Shown here piece by piece: positions 1 to 14,964 of a stretch of 64,000 nt of DNA. Each line of letters begins with the position of its first letter. Position 1 is the first letter of the stretch. Position numbers and translations under genes: made by a program. The notes below the pieces were generated by a model, which had not been told where the DNA came from, ran no database searches, and saw only the letters and a program-made list of their open reading frames with translations. Source of the stretch: the human T2T-CHM13v2.0 reference genome, Homo sapiens; the NCBI RefSeq assembly GCF_009914755.1, contig NC_060931.1; one strand, 5' to 3'.

Positions 1-365
1 TTTAATTTTCTGAAAGAGCTTTTCCTTTGCATTCATAACTTGGCTATTTGGCACCAGAGGCCTAGCTTTCAGCCTATCTTTGCTTTCAACATGCCTTCCT
101 CACTAAACTTAATCATTTCTAACATTTGAGTTAAAGTAAGAGACATTGGAATCTTCCTTTCACTTGAACATGTAGAGGCCATTTAGGGTTATTAACTGGC
201 CTATTTTCAATATTGTTGTGTCTCAGAGAATAGGAAGGCCAGAGGAGAAGAAGACCGATGGAGGAACAGAGCAGTCAAAACAAACACAACATGTATTGAC
301 TAAGTTTGCCATCTTATATGGGCTTAGTTTTTGGTACGTCAAAACAATTACCTCAAAACAATTAC
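1..365 (-). mobile_element. Tigger1 (TcMar-Tigger) DNA transposon fragment
   Basis: Matches recalled Tigger1 reverse-strand sequence (ctttcctttgcattca..gcctagctttcagcctatc..gttattaactggcc..aaaacaattac). Runs off the window start. Confidence 0.85.
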
Positions 366-369
366 AATT

Positions 370-571
370 GGCCTAGTACAGGCCACCATTATCACACCTA
401 TAATCCCAGCATTTTGGGAGGCCAAGGTAGGTGGATTGCTTGAGCCCAGGAGTTCAAGACTAGTCTAGGCAACATAGTGAGACCCTCCCCTCTACAAAAA
501 ATTAAAAAATAAGCTGAGCATGGTGGCACATGCCTGTGCTTCCAGCTACTCCAGAAACCGAGGTGAGAGGA
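370..571 (+). mobile_element. AluJ-like element truncated in its right arm
   Basis: Left arm, A-rich linker and start of right arm (ttgagcccaggagttcaagact). Ends abruptly at a MER52 junction with no tail. Confidence 0.85.
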
Positions 572-1487
572 AAACCTGGGGTGGGTAGCTCCTCTCCACA
601 GCTGGTCATCTCATCATCTCTTTGGCTCTCAGTAGAGAGGAGACCCTGGTGTGGGTAGCTCTTCTCTGCCGCTGACCATCTTGTAGTCTCTCTTTGAGTC
701 TGGCCAAGCCTGGGGTATTTCTGGCCTTCATAGGAGAGAAAGCATGTGCTGATTGGTCTATGGGAAGCCATGGGTGGGCCTGGAGAGAGCCCCATAAATT
801 CCCATTCAGATCGGCAGGACAGGCAGCCTGGCCCCCAGGCTTCAGGCCTTCCTTGGCTTGAAGATGGGGCTCTTCCAGGGACCTTCCCTTTTTTTCCCCA
901 GAGTCTGTCTGCCTCTTGGCACTGTTCATGGTGCCGAGACTGTTCATTCATGTTCATCAGTCCCCAAAGTCTGGAATGGGCCAAGGCAGCAGGAGGTTGG
1001 CATGTCAGTGCTGCCCCAAGTGTGTCACACCCAGCTTGGTTGTGATAGTGCCCAGGCTTAGCTACAACTTTGCTACAAGATTGGAGTGGGCACTGGGAGT
1101 GGAGAGAAGCCAGGCAGTGGGAGCAGGCACTTCCAAGGGTGAGAGGGGAGCAGGGGGGCCCTTCCCAGGCCCCTGAGAGTGCAGAGATGGCTGGGTCCGC
1201 AGCCGTGGCTGGGCAGTGGCAGCTGCATCCGCATCCGGGAGGGAAGAGCTCCAGCCTGCTCCTGGTCCCCAAGAGCACAGGAATTCCCAAGTCTGCAGCC
1301 GTGGCTGGGCAGCCACAGCTGTGCCTGGGGGGCACAGGGCTCCTGCCCTGCCAACTTAGAAGCGGGCAGGGCATCTGCCTGTTCCCAGCTCACGCCAGCT
1401 CCCTGGAGTGCACAGCCTGGCTGCACCTCCCCCACTGCAGCCAGCATCATGGCAGCGGCTGCTCTAGATGGGCCGCCATTGCCATCA
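572..1487 (-). mobile_element. MER52-family ERV1 LTR, 5' portion in reverse orientation
   Basis: Minus strand starts TGATGGCAATGGCGGCCC..., as recalled for the MER52A 5' end. GC-rich with CpG decay. Confidence 0.75.
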
Positions 1488-1488
1488 T

Positions 1489-1901
1489 TGTAACACGCTC
1501 TTTGGGACTTTGTGGTTCCTGGCATCTCCAAGCTTCCAGGCGCCACTGCATTACCCTAGTCCAGACACAGGTGCTTGCAATGAAAGCAGCAGTGCAGTAG
1601 ATCTGGTCCAGCAGCAGCCTCGCAAATAAGCCAGCACCTGTGCCGGGACTTGGAGCTGCCTGACACACCACAGCAGCCAGCCTGCCTGGCTGTGTGCACT
1701 GACCGGACCCTGCACTTGCTCACCACACATGTTTCACCGCTCTGCATCTGGCTTGCCCTTGGCAGACGTGAGACCCGAGCCGAATGCAGCCTGCTATGTA
1801 GAGCGGAACAAGCTAAAATAATGAACAATATTCAGGCAGAAGGTGTCCCCAGCCACAGAGGTTTCTGGCTGGCGAAGTGACACCCCAAGGATTCCATGAC
1901 A
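1489..1901 (+). mobile_element. MER52-family LTR, 3' portion in forward orientation
   Basis: Ends cagaggtttctggctggcgaagtgacaccccaaggattccatgaca, like the MER52 3' terminus. Confidence 0.75.
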
Positions 1902-2082
1902 CCACCACAACCAGTCTTTATATTTTCTTCTTTATACTTTCCGTCCTTTTTTCTGGCTTTAGGTATATTTTTGCTCTTCTATTTTTTTATGAGGTGGACA
2001 ATTAGATTACTGGTTTTTGACTTTTTTTCTTTTCTAAAGCAAGCAATCACTGCTATACATTTCCCACTATGAATAGCTTTAG

Positions 2083-2478
<396 letters not shown>

Positions 2479-2908
2479 TAGTTATTCAAAATTAAGAAGT
2501 GATGGCTTTATTTCCAACTTTCTGGTTATTGTCTTGTTACTTTCTGTTACTCATTCTTTGTTTTACTCTATTATGGAGTGAATACATTTCATATGATTTT
2601 TATCCTCTACAATTCCTTGCTCTTTGCTTTCTTTGTTTGGGATATTATCTATATTGGCTGTGCACCAGGTGCACTGGAAAAGAATACGTATTTTACCATT
2701 TGCAGGTGGAGTGTTACAAAAATGTAAGTTAAATCCAGTCATTTCATGGTGGTGTTCATTTTTTCTGTATACTTGATTTTCTGTCTACTGGTTCTATCAA
2801 TTACTGAGGGAGGATATACCCAAATACATTATTGATTTGTCTGTTTTCCTTTTCAGTTCTTTCAGTTTTTTTCTCATGTCTCTGAAGCCTTGTTTTTAGG
2901 TTCATATG

Positions 2909-3012
2909 AGGGGCGCCTGCAGGACAGTGCCAAGCTGCCTTCAGCAACCCCCTTAGCTTCCCTCCCGTGTTCATCAGTGACCAAAGTCTGGAGGCGGCCA
3001 AAGCAGCAGGGG
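2909..3012 (-). mobile_element. Orphan ~100-bp MER52 internal fragment
   Basis: gttcatcagtgaccaaagtctggaggcggccaaagcagcagg aligns to 952-995 of the MER52 copy. It is a GC-rich island inside AT-rich L1. Confidence 0.7.
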
Positions 3013-3177
3013 ATTATTTTGACTTTTAGGATTATTATGACTTCATCACAATGAAATGCCTCTTTTTGTCCTTAGTAACATTTGTTTCTTTGAAGTCTAC
3101 TTTGTTTAATATTAATATAGCTGCTTCCAGCTTTCTTTATATTTTGTTCGTTTTTAAATTTCTTATTGAGATTTTAA

Positions 3178-3481
<304 letters not shown>

Positions 3482-3746
3482 ACATATTTTTAATATACTT
3501 CATTTTCTACAGAAGTTTTATTTTTACAGCAAAATTGAGTAGAACCTGTAGAGCATTTCCATGTATGCCTTGACTCCACACACTCACATCTCCCCTCACT
3601 CTCAACATCCCACACCACAATGGCACACTGTAACATGGATGTTCCTACATTGACACATGATTATCACACAAAGTCTACAGTTTTTGTTAGGATTCACTTA
3701 CTGCTATGCCTTTTATGGATTTTAACAAATATATAATGACATGTAT

Positions 3747-3870
3747 TCACCATTGTAGTATAACACAGAATAGTTTCACCGTTGTAGTATAATTAACACA
3801 GAATAGTGTCACCACTGTAGTATAATGTGAAATAGTGTCACTATTGTAGTGTAATGCAGAATAGTGTCAC
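3747..3870. repeat. ~30-bp minisatellite, 4 diverged copies within an L1 3'UTR
   Basis: Unit approximately tcaccattgtagtataacacagaatagt(g/t). Confidence 0.85.
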
Positions 3871-5102
3871 TGCCCTGAAAGTCCTCTGCCTACTTATCCC
3901 TTTCTTCCCCCCAACTGCCAGTAACCATTGATCTTTTACTTCTGCACAGTTTTGCTTTTTCCAGAATGTCATGTAGTTGGAATCCTTTTTAGATTAGCTT
4001 CTTTCATTTAGTAATACGCATTTCTGTTTCCATATTTTTTCTTGGTTCAATACTTTCTTTCCAGCATTGAGTAATACTTCATTGTCTGCGTGTAGCATAG
4101 TTTGTTTCCCTACTTAAGGAAATCTTAGTTGCTTCTGAGACTGGTCTATATAAATAAAGTTCCTATAAGCATTTATGTGCAGGTTTTTCTGTAGATATAA
4201 GTTTACAATTCATGTGGGTAAATACTAAAGAGTGTATGGCTGGGTTGTATGATAAAAGCATGTTCAGTTTTCTAAGTAGTGGTCAAGCTGTCTTCCAAAG
4301 TGACTGTACCATTTTGCATTCCCACCAGCAATAAATGATAGTTCCTGTTGCTCTATATTCTTACCAGGATTTGGCGTTGTCAGTGTTGTGGATTTTCACC
4401 ATTTCAATAGGGTATGAGTGTTATGTCACTGTTGTTTAAATTCACAGTTCCCTAATGATGAGATGTTGAACTTCTTTTCCCATGCTTATTTTCCATCAGC
4501 ATAGCTTCTTTGGTGAGATGTATGTCTATGTCCTTTGCCATGTTTTACTTAGATTTTTCCTGATCTTATCGTTGAGTTTTAAGAGTTCCTTTTATATTTT
4601 GGAGAACAGTTCTTTTTCAGATGTGTCTCCTGCAAATAGTTTCTCCCAGTCTCTGGTTTGTCTTCTCATTCACCTGACATTGTCTTTTGCTCAGCAGAAG
4701 TTTTTAATTTTAATGAAGTCTAACTTATCAATCTGCTTTAACATGATCATACCTTTAATGATAAATCTGTAAAATCATTGTCATTCTGAAGTTCATAAAA
4801 TTTTTTCCTAGGTCATCTTCTAGAAGTTTTATACTTTTGAGTTTTATCTTTAGATCTTTGTGCACTTGAAATTAATTTGTGTGCAGGATGTTAAGTCTAT
4901 TAGTAAATTTATTTTTTTGCATGTGGATGTCCAGTTGTAGCACTGTTTATTGAAAGACTATCAAGATCATCCTTTCTCTATTTTATTGCTATTTATTCTC
5001 TGTTAAAGATCAGTTGACTGTATTTATGTGCTTCTCTTTATTATTATATCAACACCACAGTCTTGATAAAGTTAGCTTATGGTAAATCTTGAAGTTGGGT
5101 AG

Positions 5103-5444
<342 letters not shown>

Positions 5445-6959
5445 AATTTTGTTCTTTTAATTCAATATAACGTTGGCTATTCTGCATCTAATATATCTCC
5501 ATATATATTTTATAATCAGTTTATCAACATTCACAAAATAGCCCACTGGAATTTTGATGGGGATTGCGTTGAATCTATAGATCAATTGAGAAGAACCAGT
5601 ATCTTGGCAATATTGAATCTTCCTATTCATAAACATGGAATGTCTCTTTATTTATTTAGTTGTTTCTTGACTTCTTTCAACAGATTTTGTAGTTGTTTTT
5701 ATATAGATATTGTACATATTCTGTTGGATTTATACTTATATATATTTGGGGGTACAAGTGTAAATGGTTGTGTGTTTTTAATTTTAGAGTTCATTTGCTC
5801 ATTGCTATTATATAGGAAAGTGGTAGGGTGTTTAGATATTAACCTCGTATCATATAATCTTGCTATATTTGCTGTTTATCTTTTTTCATACATCTACTTT
5901 TAACCTGCATATAATATCACATTTGAAGTGAATTACTTCTAAGCAGGTAATTTTATTTGTTATTTTGCAATATCTGCCTTTTAACTGATGTTTTGATCAT
6001 TTTTATTTAGTTTATGACAGGCTTAAATTTAGTTCTTTTTAAAATGTGTTTTTTAGGTGCTCCCTTTCTTTTACACTTTTGTTTTCCTTCCCTTTGGGTT
6101 TGGGTTACTTGAACATTTTTTAGTATTCTATTACAGTCTACTTAGAATAAATATTTTACTCTTTAAGTTGAATATAGTAATTTTACAACCATATATGTTC
6201 CTGTACACTTCCGTACTTTATATTTTAGTTGCCTTATGCTTTAAGTTGATATACATAAAAAACTTTTCCAGCAATGCTAAGGTTTTGACTTTAAACCTTC
6301 ATACATATTATAAAAAATCTCCAAAGGGGAATAATAGTTTATTATATTTCCCCAGGTATTTACCATTTCTGTTGCTCCTGCTTCATTCCTGATATTCCAG
6401 GACTTATCCATTATCAGTTCTCTTCTACCTCAATACCTTTCTTTTTTCTTTACCAGTTGTCTTGGAGAAAATGTTTTGCATGGAATTATCTTAGTTTTTC
6501 TACCTCTGAAAATTTCACATAAATCTGAAAGGTTACTTTTCCTGGATATCTAGTTCTATGTTGACAGTTCTTTTTCTTTCAACACTTAAAATGTTTCCTC
6601 CTGCTTCTTTCTGGCTCTTAGGCAAGAATTCCACATCTATTTGAGTCTTTGTTTTTGAAAAACAATGTGTCATTCTTTTTCTGTTTTCAATGTACTTGCC
6701 TTTATTATTCAGCAGTTGGGGGTTGCTTGGAATCTTGAATTGGTATGTTTATGTCTTTTGACAGATTTGAGAAATTTGCATTTATATTTTTTTTTACATT
6801 TTGTCGAACACCACATCTTTCACCAGTTCTGTAATTTCAGTGATGCAAATGTTAGATATTTTGGTATCTTCCCACAGGTGTCTCAAGTTCTGTTCATGTA
6901 AAAGTTTTTTTCTGTTGTTCACATTGAATAGTTTACATAGGACTATCTTGAAATTCACA

Positions 6960-7376
6960 GGCTATAATCAACTAAATAGTGACCCTTAAAAAAAGTATGT
7001 CCATGTCCTAATTCCCAGGATTTGTAAATGTGACCTTACATGGAAAATGGGTTTAGATGAGGTCATTCTGAATTAATGGAGTGGTTTATAAATCCAGTGA
7101 CAAGTGTGCTTATAAGGAACACACAGCAAAGAGGTGGAGGCAGTGTGACAATGGATCCAGATATTGTACTGTTACAACCACAGGCCCAGGAATGCCAGCA
7201 CAACTGGGAAGAAGAAAAGAATCGAATCTCACATAGAGCTTTCTGATAAATCATAGCTCTGCCAGCACATTCATTTCAGACTTCTCGCTTCCAGATCTGT
7301 GAGAGAATAAATTTCTGTCGTTTTAAGTCACCCAATTTGTAGTAATTTGTGACAAGAGTCACGGGAATCGAATGCA
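6960..7376 (+). mobile_element. MLT1-type MaLR solo LTR
   Basis: gtaaatgtgaccttacatggaaaat..; gagagaataaatttctgtcgttttaagtcaccc terminus. Confidence 0.8.
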
Positions 7377-8364
7377 TGGACTGAGCTAATCTAAGGTTTG
7401 TTTTTGTTGTTGCTTCTCAACTAATGTTATCTTTTGGTTCTAAATAGTTCCCCTTGGCTTATTTTTTGTTCTATTTCTTTCCTGTGATTTTCCATGTTTT
7501 TATTTATTAAAAGAGTGATTGCCTTTGTTTATTGGGCCATTTTTATAATAGTTGATTTAATATCTTTTTCAGAAAATTCTAACGTGCATCATCTCAGCAT
7601 ATATGTCAATTAACTGTTCTTTCATATACGAGTTGTGATTTTCCTAGATTTTTGGATGCCCAATAATTTTGGATATTATCCAGGATATTTTTAATATCTT
7701 ATTATGAGACTGTGGGTCTTTTAAAAAAATCCTACAAATAATGTTGATATTTTTGTTTAACAGGCAATCAGTCGGGTTTAGACCACAAGTTCGAACCAGT
7801 CTTTTATGGATTATAAATTATCCAATATCAGCTGTTTTCAAAGCCTTTGCGGTGTTGTTTATATCTGACCCAGGCGAGCACCACCCAGTGGCCAGGCTGG
7901 GACATGTGCAGTGGTTTATCCCATAGTTCAGTTCTCAAAGTCTATTGACACTAATGAGGGTCAAAGCCACGCATATATCATTTGAGATGAACTCAGAAGT
8001 ACAAAGTCAACATTCAGGGATCACTTTCTCAAGCTCTCCTCTCCCTGCAATCTCCCTAGTATTTTTGCAGTACTCTTGGTCTTCCCCTTGTGGTTGTCAT
8101 ACCAGAAATCTAAGGCTTTGGGTGTCCCACTCTGTTGTTCAGTGACAGGTAGACAGAGACAGGCAAAAGCAATAGAGTTTCAAACGACCCGTAGGTGATC
8201 ATAACTCCTCTGATCAGACAGGGAGGTGCCCTTCCTTAGAGTTTTGGCTCTACTGCCAATGCTGCCATGAGATTGCTTGGGGACTGGGTCATCCAAGAAT
8301 AGAGGGGAAAAATGCATAATAATTCTTACTCTCACTGAGTGTTAGGAGTTATCTTTCTTATTTC

Positions 8365-8667
<303 letters not shown>

Positions 8668-11249
8668 ATGTTTCTTGAGTTTGAACTAGAGGATTGCTCC
8701 TGTCGTTTTCTATATCAATGCTCTGATGACTACTTCTGGGTTGGAGGTGTGGTCGAGTTCAGGCTAGAGGATATTGGAGGCAATACTGACAGTTCAGTGG
8801 TACTTTAAATTCTGATCTTTTCCCCCAAACTGTCTGCTACTATTTATTTTCAGAGTCCTTAATAGCTTCTCCATGCATTCTGTCCTGGTTTTAAGGCAAT
8901 TTTAAGTAAGAAAGACAAGTGTGACTATTTCATCTTCTACTAAAAAAAGAATTATGGTAGATAATTTTAAAAATCACATTGTAATAATTTTACCAAAATT
9001 ACTCTACAGTAAAGTGAATAATGGATGTGTGATCCAACAGATACAGTGACAGATTGTTGATGTTACAGTGACCCATCCTGTGTAACAGTGAAAAGATGAT
9101 GATGGCGCCAACCATAATGGACTGATGGATAATGCTTCCTTCAAGCTTCCTCCATTTGTGAAAATCTCATCAATTTCAATGGTCAGACCTCATTCACTTC
9201 GAAGCAGGAGGCAGTCAGTAGAATATGCTGAAAAAAAAAACTGAGACCTTAAGAAAAATCAACTAATACAAATGTATATGTGTATCTTTACAACAGAGCT
9301 AATGTAGTATCTTCTAGTTCCAATTTTAATTCTGATGATTAGTGATTTTGTCATACTCCATTCTCTAGTCCTGTAACCAAATTTTTAAACACATGCATGC
9401 GTGATTGCATAGACATAGTATATAAACACAATGCAAACATATACATATGTGTGTCTGTATATATAGTATATAGGTACATACAGATATATTTACACACAAA
9501 GATACACATATATCTATTTATCTTTATATATCTAGAGATGGAGTCAAATATTTTACAATTTTCAATAAATATAAGTATACATTTCATTACAAGTATTGAC
9601 CACATAAATATGTGATCTGTGTCTGACACTAAGACTTTATTATTTTGTCTTCTGTTATTAGTTTAATTTAAAAGTGATGGACTCTGTTAGTCAATACAAC
9701 TCATTCTGGCATACTATATGTACTGTGAGTCATATTATATTTTGTGTGCTATGACATTCTTTTCAAACACAGTGACTATTATAATCAAGCTATCCAAATA
9801 TCAGTAATTTAAAATAGGCTAGTCACCGTATATTCCTTGGAAAAGATGGTTTATTGTTTTTATAAGTGATATCTGTTTATAAAATAAGTTTCCCTATACA
9901 TCTCAACTAGGAAAAACTTTTTCAGATATGCATTTGCTACAGTGCAATATTAGCGGTTGCCTCTATTTAAAATTCTAGACTTTAAAAATTGGATTTCTTC
10001 CCAATCTTATGTAATTCAGATTTTTAACTAATTCAGCCAACCATCTCATTAGCCTGGATTTCCGAAGTTGGACTGTGTTTGTCCTGAATCTCAGCTTTGA
10101 TTATTCTATGGATCCAAAGAATTATTAGTGTCCTAATAAACATTGTTCTGTCCATTTGAACCCTTGAGCCTTTCTTTTCCTACTTTAAAGATACCAGTTA
10201 CCGCTGTAACTTCTGCTTGACTTGAGCAAGAGCTTAAAGATCTTTTTCAGCTGCAATACCCTAAAATTTTAATCATCACCTCTGGAAAAAAAAAGAAGTG
10301 AGTTTTAAAGCTGGGAGTTCCGACAGAGCTTTAAAAACAATAAGCAAGAAAGAGACAGTTTCTAGAGATTTCTCCCATGTAAACTGCTATTTATGTCATC
10401 TTTAGTGCCATTGGCACCGAGCCAGCCACAGCCAGGACTTTTTTTGTTGCTTGGCGAAACGGGAAGGGCAGGAAAGAAGCTCTATACTAAGAAACAGTTT
10501 CTTAGTATTTTCATCTCTCTGCAAATCTTATTTGATAAAGTTAAGCTTTGTCAATTAAAGCTTATAAGTGTTTTAATACCAAGTTTAGCTTTTTAATATA
10601 TGTACCAAACTTGTCTAACACATAGGCATATTAAATAGTCAATTATACGGTTTGACTTAAAAGAGAGCAAGAAAATACATCAACCCCTCAATGAAGCTCT
10701 GTCTCCAAATAATCTTTCCACTGACTCTGCTGATGTTTACTTTAAAAACTCCAGTGTCAACTGTAACATCTAAGCAGGTCCATGCACTGAGGACCTGCAG
10801 GCTCAGAACGTAATGGAAGGTAGCAGTTGAGGATATTCAATTAAGATAAAGGACCAAAAAGCAGAGATGCAGGCTAATACGTAGGCAGAGAGAGATAAGA
10901 ACTTTGAAAGGCAGGGAGCCACCTAGTGCAAGAGGCAGTAGAAATCAGAGCAGTTCTGGGAGGGGAAAGGAGTAGGGGGATACATAAGTGGAGGGTGATC
11001 AGGTTTAGAGCTGGACACTGACAAATCTGCATGAAGCCAGACCTGAATTTCCGCATGAGTAAAATTTTAAAGATAACCTCTCACCTCTCTCCAAATGGTT
11101 ATCTGTGAAACTATACTCCCTCCACACCCACACATGCAGCTCTGCTCACACACTGCTCACAAGCAGGCTGAGCCAAAACCCAATTGTAAGAAAAATTTAA
11201 AACCTCACCTGTAGCAAATGCAGCACATTAATATAAGATATGAAGAACA

Positions 11250-11529
<280 letters not shown>

Positions 11530-12779
11530 TTATGAAGAACAGGGGTTACTGGGGAGCTAGACGAGAGGAGGCGTGTAGGAATACTTTGTAATTTCCACTC
11601 ATTTTTTCTGTAAACTTGAAACTGCCTCCAAAAGTAAAGCCTGTTAATTTTTTTAAAATTTAAAATCTAAGATAGATGGAACTTATGATATTTTTCCAGG
11701 ATGAGGACTTCACTGCACTAGCATTCTTCAGTAAAGTCAACTTCCCATGATTCAAAATCCTTGTCATGGCTGCCTAATCCTCTGGGGCAGACATGTCCTT
11801 GCGTTGGGGTGTGAAGACTGCTAATTTGTTTAGGTTTGCTTTTCATTGAGAGTCAGCTGTGTGTTTTTCTCACAGCTATATCTTTTCTTCTGAAGTGATC
11901 AGCAATTACTTCCCGGCTGATAACTTTGTTATTTATTTATGATTTTTTAGGTTGCAAAGGTGGTCTTCCAAAGGAAGTCCTTTGGAAATTGTATGAACTT
12001 TGGAGAGGGAGAGAGGGAGAAAAGCAAGCACTGAGAAAAAGCAAATGGCAAAGCTATGCCTCACAGAGGATTCAGGAGAAAGCACAGGAGATGGAGAAAG
12101 AAACAGGAAAAATAATTTTTGGGGTGGTAAATATTACAAATAAAGAAATACAGGGTAGTGGGGAAACACATAACAAGGTGAACTCACCGAAAGTGAATTC
12201 AAAGTACCCAGAAAAGGGTGTTAGATCTGGAAATCAATCATCTCTTTGAAGTGTGAATGCAGAGGCTGAGGTGGGTTCTGAAGGACGTGAGAATTACACA
12301 TCCCATAGTTACCACTGTTAGGGATCAGAAGCCCCAAATTGAATCAACTTAGAGGAATACCGATATCTGCCCAGGCCTGATGCAAGATGCACAGGATGCG
12401 TCTGCATCTTTACCACACGCCAAAAACCCAGCACCAATCTCAGGATTCAGGTGTACAGAGGGGGCCAGGCAATGCAGAACCCCTCATTAAAAGAAGGCAA
12501 GGACACTGGATGATTTCCAAAGAAGGAAGAGTGATAGAGAGAAGCGCCATAACGAATGCTAAATGCAGGGGTGGGGAGAGGTTTTAGTCCCTCTCTGATT
12601 TCGAAGAGCTTATTTATTACTAGGAAAATAAGCTTTGGATTACAGATATTTTTCTGCTCTTTTTAACTTTGTTACAAGGCTGTCTATGACTGTTACATGT
12701 CTAAGCATAACCATGTTTGCAATTATGGCTTCTGAATTTGATGTCATTTTTGGAAAGATATCAATACTGAGCCCATAAA

Positions 12780-13440
12780 ATTCTTTAAAACAATTAGTTC
12801 AGGTGAGATGGCCTAAAGAAGGCAGTGATGGAAGGAATTAGGCTGCATTTCAGGAGATGGAAATGGCGATGAAATGATTGATGGCTCAGGAGTGGCATTG
12901 GTTAGTGGGGAGGAAGACCACCTTTTCACATATTTCACATTTAAGGGAGATGAGTAGTAAAAAGTTGAGAACTCTGAGAGAGGAGTGAATAGGAAGGTCA
13001 GGTGAAAATGAGCTTTACCTCATTCCATTTCCATGGAAATAGAAGAAATTTCAGGTGAAATTTTTTTTTTTTAGATAGATGATAAGAAGAATCATGAGAC
13101 AAAATTGACCAAGTGAAGAGCAACCTTGATGTGGGAAGCAGTGATGTGGATACAAGAGCAATGTTCAAGGAAATAGGTGTAAATAACCACCAGGAGTGAT
13201 GTGAAGTTATCAGGGATGAAGGATTTACTTGGATGAGCGTCACAGTGAAGGTTCACAACTAGATTTGGGGAGAAAGTTATTGTAGTGACAAAATTCCACT
13301 GAAAGTGAGGCATAAAAAGGAGATGAGCCAAATTAAATGAAATAAGGGACAATAGCATTTGTGAAGATTCACTTTGCACCAGGGTTGATGGAGAAGATAG
13401 TACTAGCAACAAACTTGACACCAGTGCAATATTCACTCCC
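12780..13440 (-). mobile_element. Probable L2 fragment
   Basis: Purine-rich, highly degenerate L2-like text. No clear ends. Confidence 0.4.
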
Positions 13441-13629
13441 AATACTGAATTGAAGTTCAGAAACAGAAATGTCCACTTAATCGCCCAAGCCTATGGAACC
13501 AGGAAGTTGCCATGCCACAGTTTGTGTGATATTTGTCTGATTCTGAGTACTATTGTGTTTGTGCATATTCATCCTGATTCCCTGTGTGAATGTGTGTGTA
13601 CCTGTGTGTGTGTATCACTTAGAATTTGT

Positions 13630-13812
13630 GTGACTTCCAGCAGGTTTCTTCATTTCTCTTAATATTTCTGAAGTTCTCTTCATCCCCTTATACATTATAT
13701 ATCATGCCTATAAAATATCTACCTTACAGGGATGCTGTGAAGTTTAGAAATTATGAACATAAAAGCCTTGGTATCAGGTCTGCAATGTAGCGGGTGATCA
13801 TTAATTGGTAGT
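13630..13812 (+). mobile_element. MIR fragment
   Basis: atctaccttacagggatgctgtgaag..cataaaagccttggt resembles the MIR core and tail. Confidence 0.55.
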
Positions 13813-14264
13813 TCAAGGGAAACTTCTTGCTCTTCCCAGTCATACATTTTTGTATAAAGGATATGTACTCTACTTTACTAATCCAATTATTTCATCCATA
13901 TTTTTTGGACTTTGTCTCTAATGTTTGCCTTTATTACATCATTATAGGTTAATTTCCCTTCTCTATAACTTAAAATAGACTGAGTGCTATTAATTGCTTG
14001 TCAAGTCACTTCACTTTCTGATTTGGAAATGCAATACGTTTTTGGATCTTCATCTGATTCTCAAAGGAGCAATTATTTGTGATTCTACTACTTTACTTTG
14101 TTTTCCCCAAATGACAAACAACAATTATTACTTAAAGTGATTTCTATTTAAATAAAATTTTACGACTCTATATATGTGATATATTTTTCGCAAGATATCT
14201 TCTTGAAAATACCAAATATCTTTTAAGGTTAAATGTTAAATGTCTGTTTTAAAATTACCTTGTA

Positions 14265-14549
14265 GGGCAGGTGCAATGGCTCACACCTATAATCTCAGCA
14301 CTTTGGGAGGCCAAGGCAGGAGGATCACTTGAGGCCAAGAGTTTGAGACCAGCCTGGGCAATACAGGGAAACCCTATCTCTATAAAAAATGAAAAGAAAA
14401 TAACTTAAGCATGGCGGTGTGCACATATATTCCCAGCTACTCAGGAGGCTGAGGTAAGAGGACTGCTTGAGTGCAGGAGGCAGAGGTTGCAGTGAGCCAT
14501 GATCAGGCTAGTGCACTCCAGCCTGGGGGACAGAGAGAGGCCTTGTCTC

Positions 14550-14589
<40 letters not shown>

Positions 14590-14600
14590 AAATACAATAC
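14265..14600 (+). mobile_element. AluJ element with (AAT)n tail
   Basis: ggcaggaggatcacttgaggcc, gagccatgatc diagnostics. Trinucleotide tail. Confidence 0.93.
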
Positions 14601-14964
14601 AATAAAATTATCTGGCTGCTTTAGTTTTACCTTGTTAGAAATTAGTTTTGATGGGATTAGACTCACTGAGTTTAACACAATGAATAAACATGTAAATTCC
14701 CCCATGAAAATACTTTAAAGGAGAAATTAATAGTGTCCATCTTGTAAAACTTATTTCCCCTAGATTTTTTTAAAATTCTACATCAGCATAGTTCCATATG
14801 AAATACTGAGATAGTTCTACTCCATTCCTAAGATGTTCTTTAAACATAATTTTTCTCATTATTGCAATTTAATATGAAGAAATGTGCCCAACCAAATGCC
14901 TGAGGAAATAGTTTACATTTTGTTGTTTTGAAGGACAAGTAGAGTGAGCTCTGTGTGTATATAG

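Noticed and set aside
502-1600. Long overlapping ORFs (290, 176 and 157 aa)
   Set aside because: They lie in GC-rich MER52 LTR sequence where stops are rare, occur on both strands and have no recognisable domain.
9010-9245. Possible coding exon (KDDDGANHNGLMDN...)
   Set aside because: Short open frame bounded by stops, no convincing splice pair and no recognisable protein.
9395-9600. AT-rich alternating low-complexity stretch and its ORFs (also 58815-58900)
   Set aside because: Decayed (TA/CA)n simple sequence, common and uninformative.
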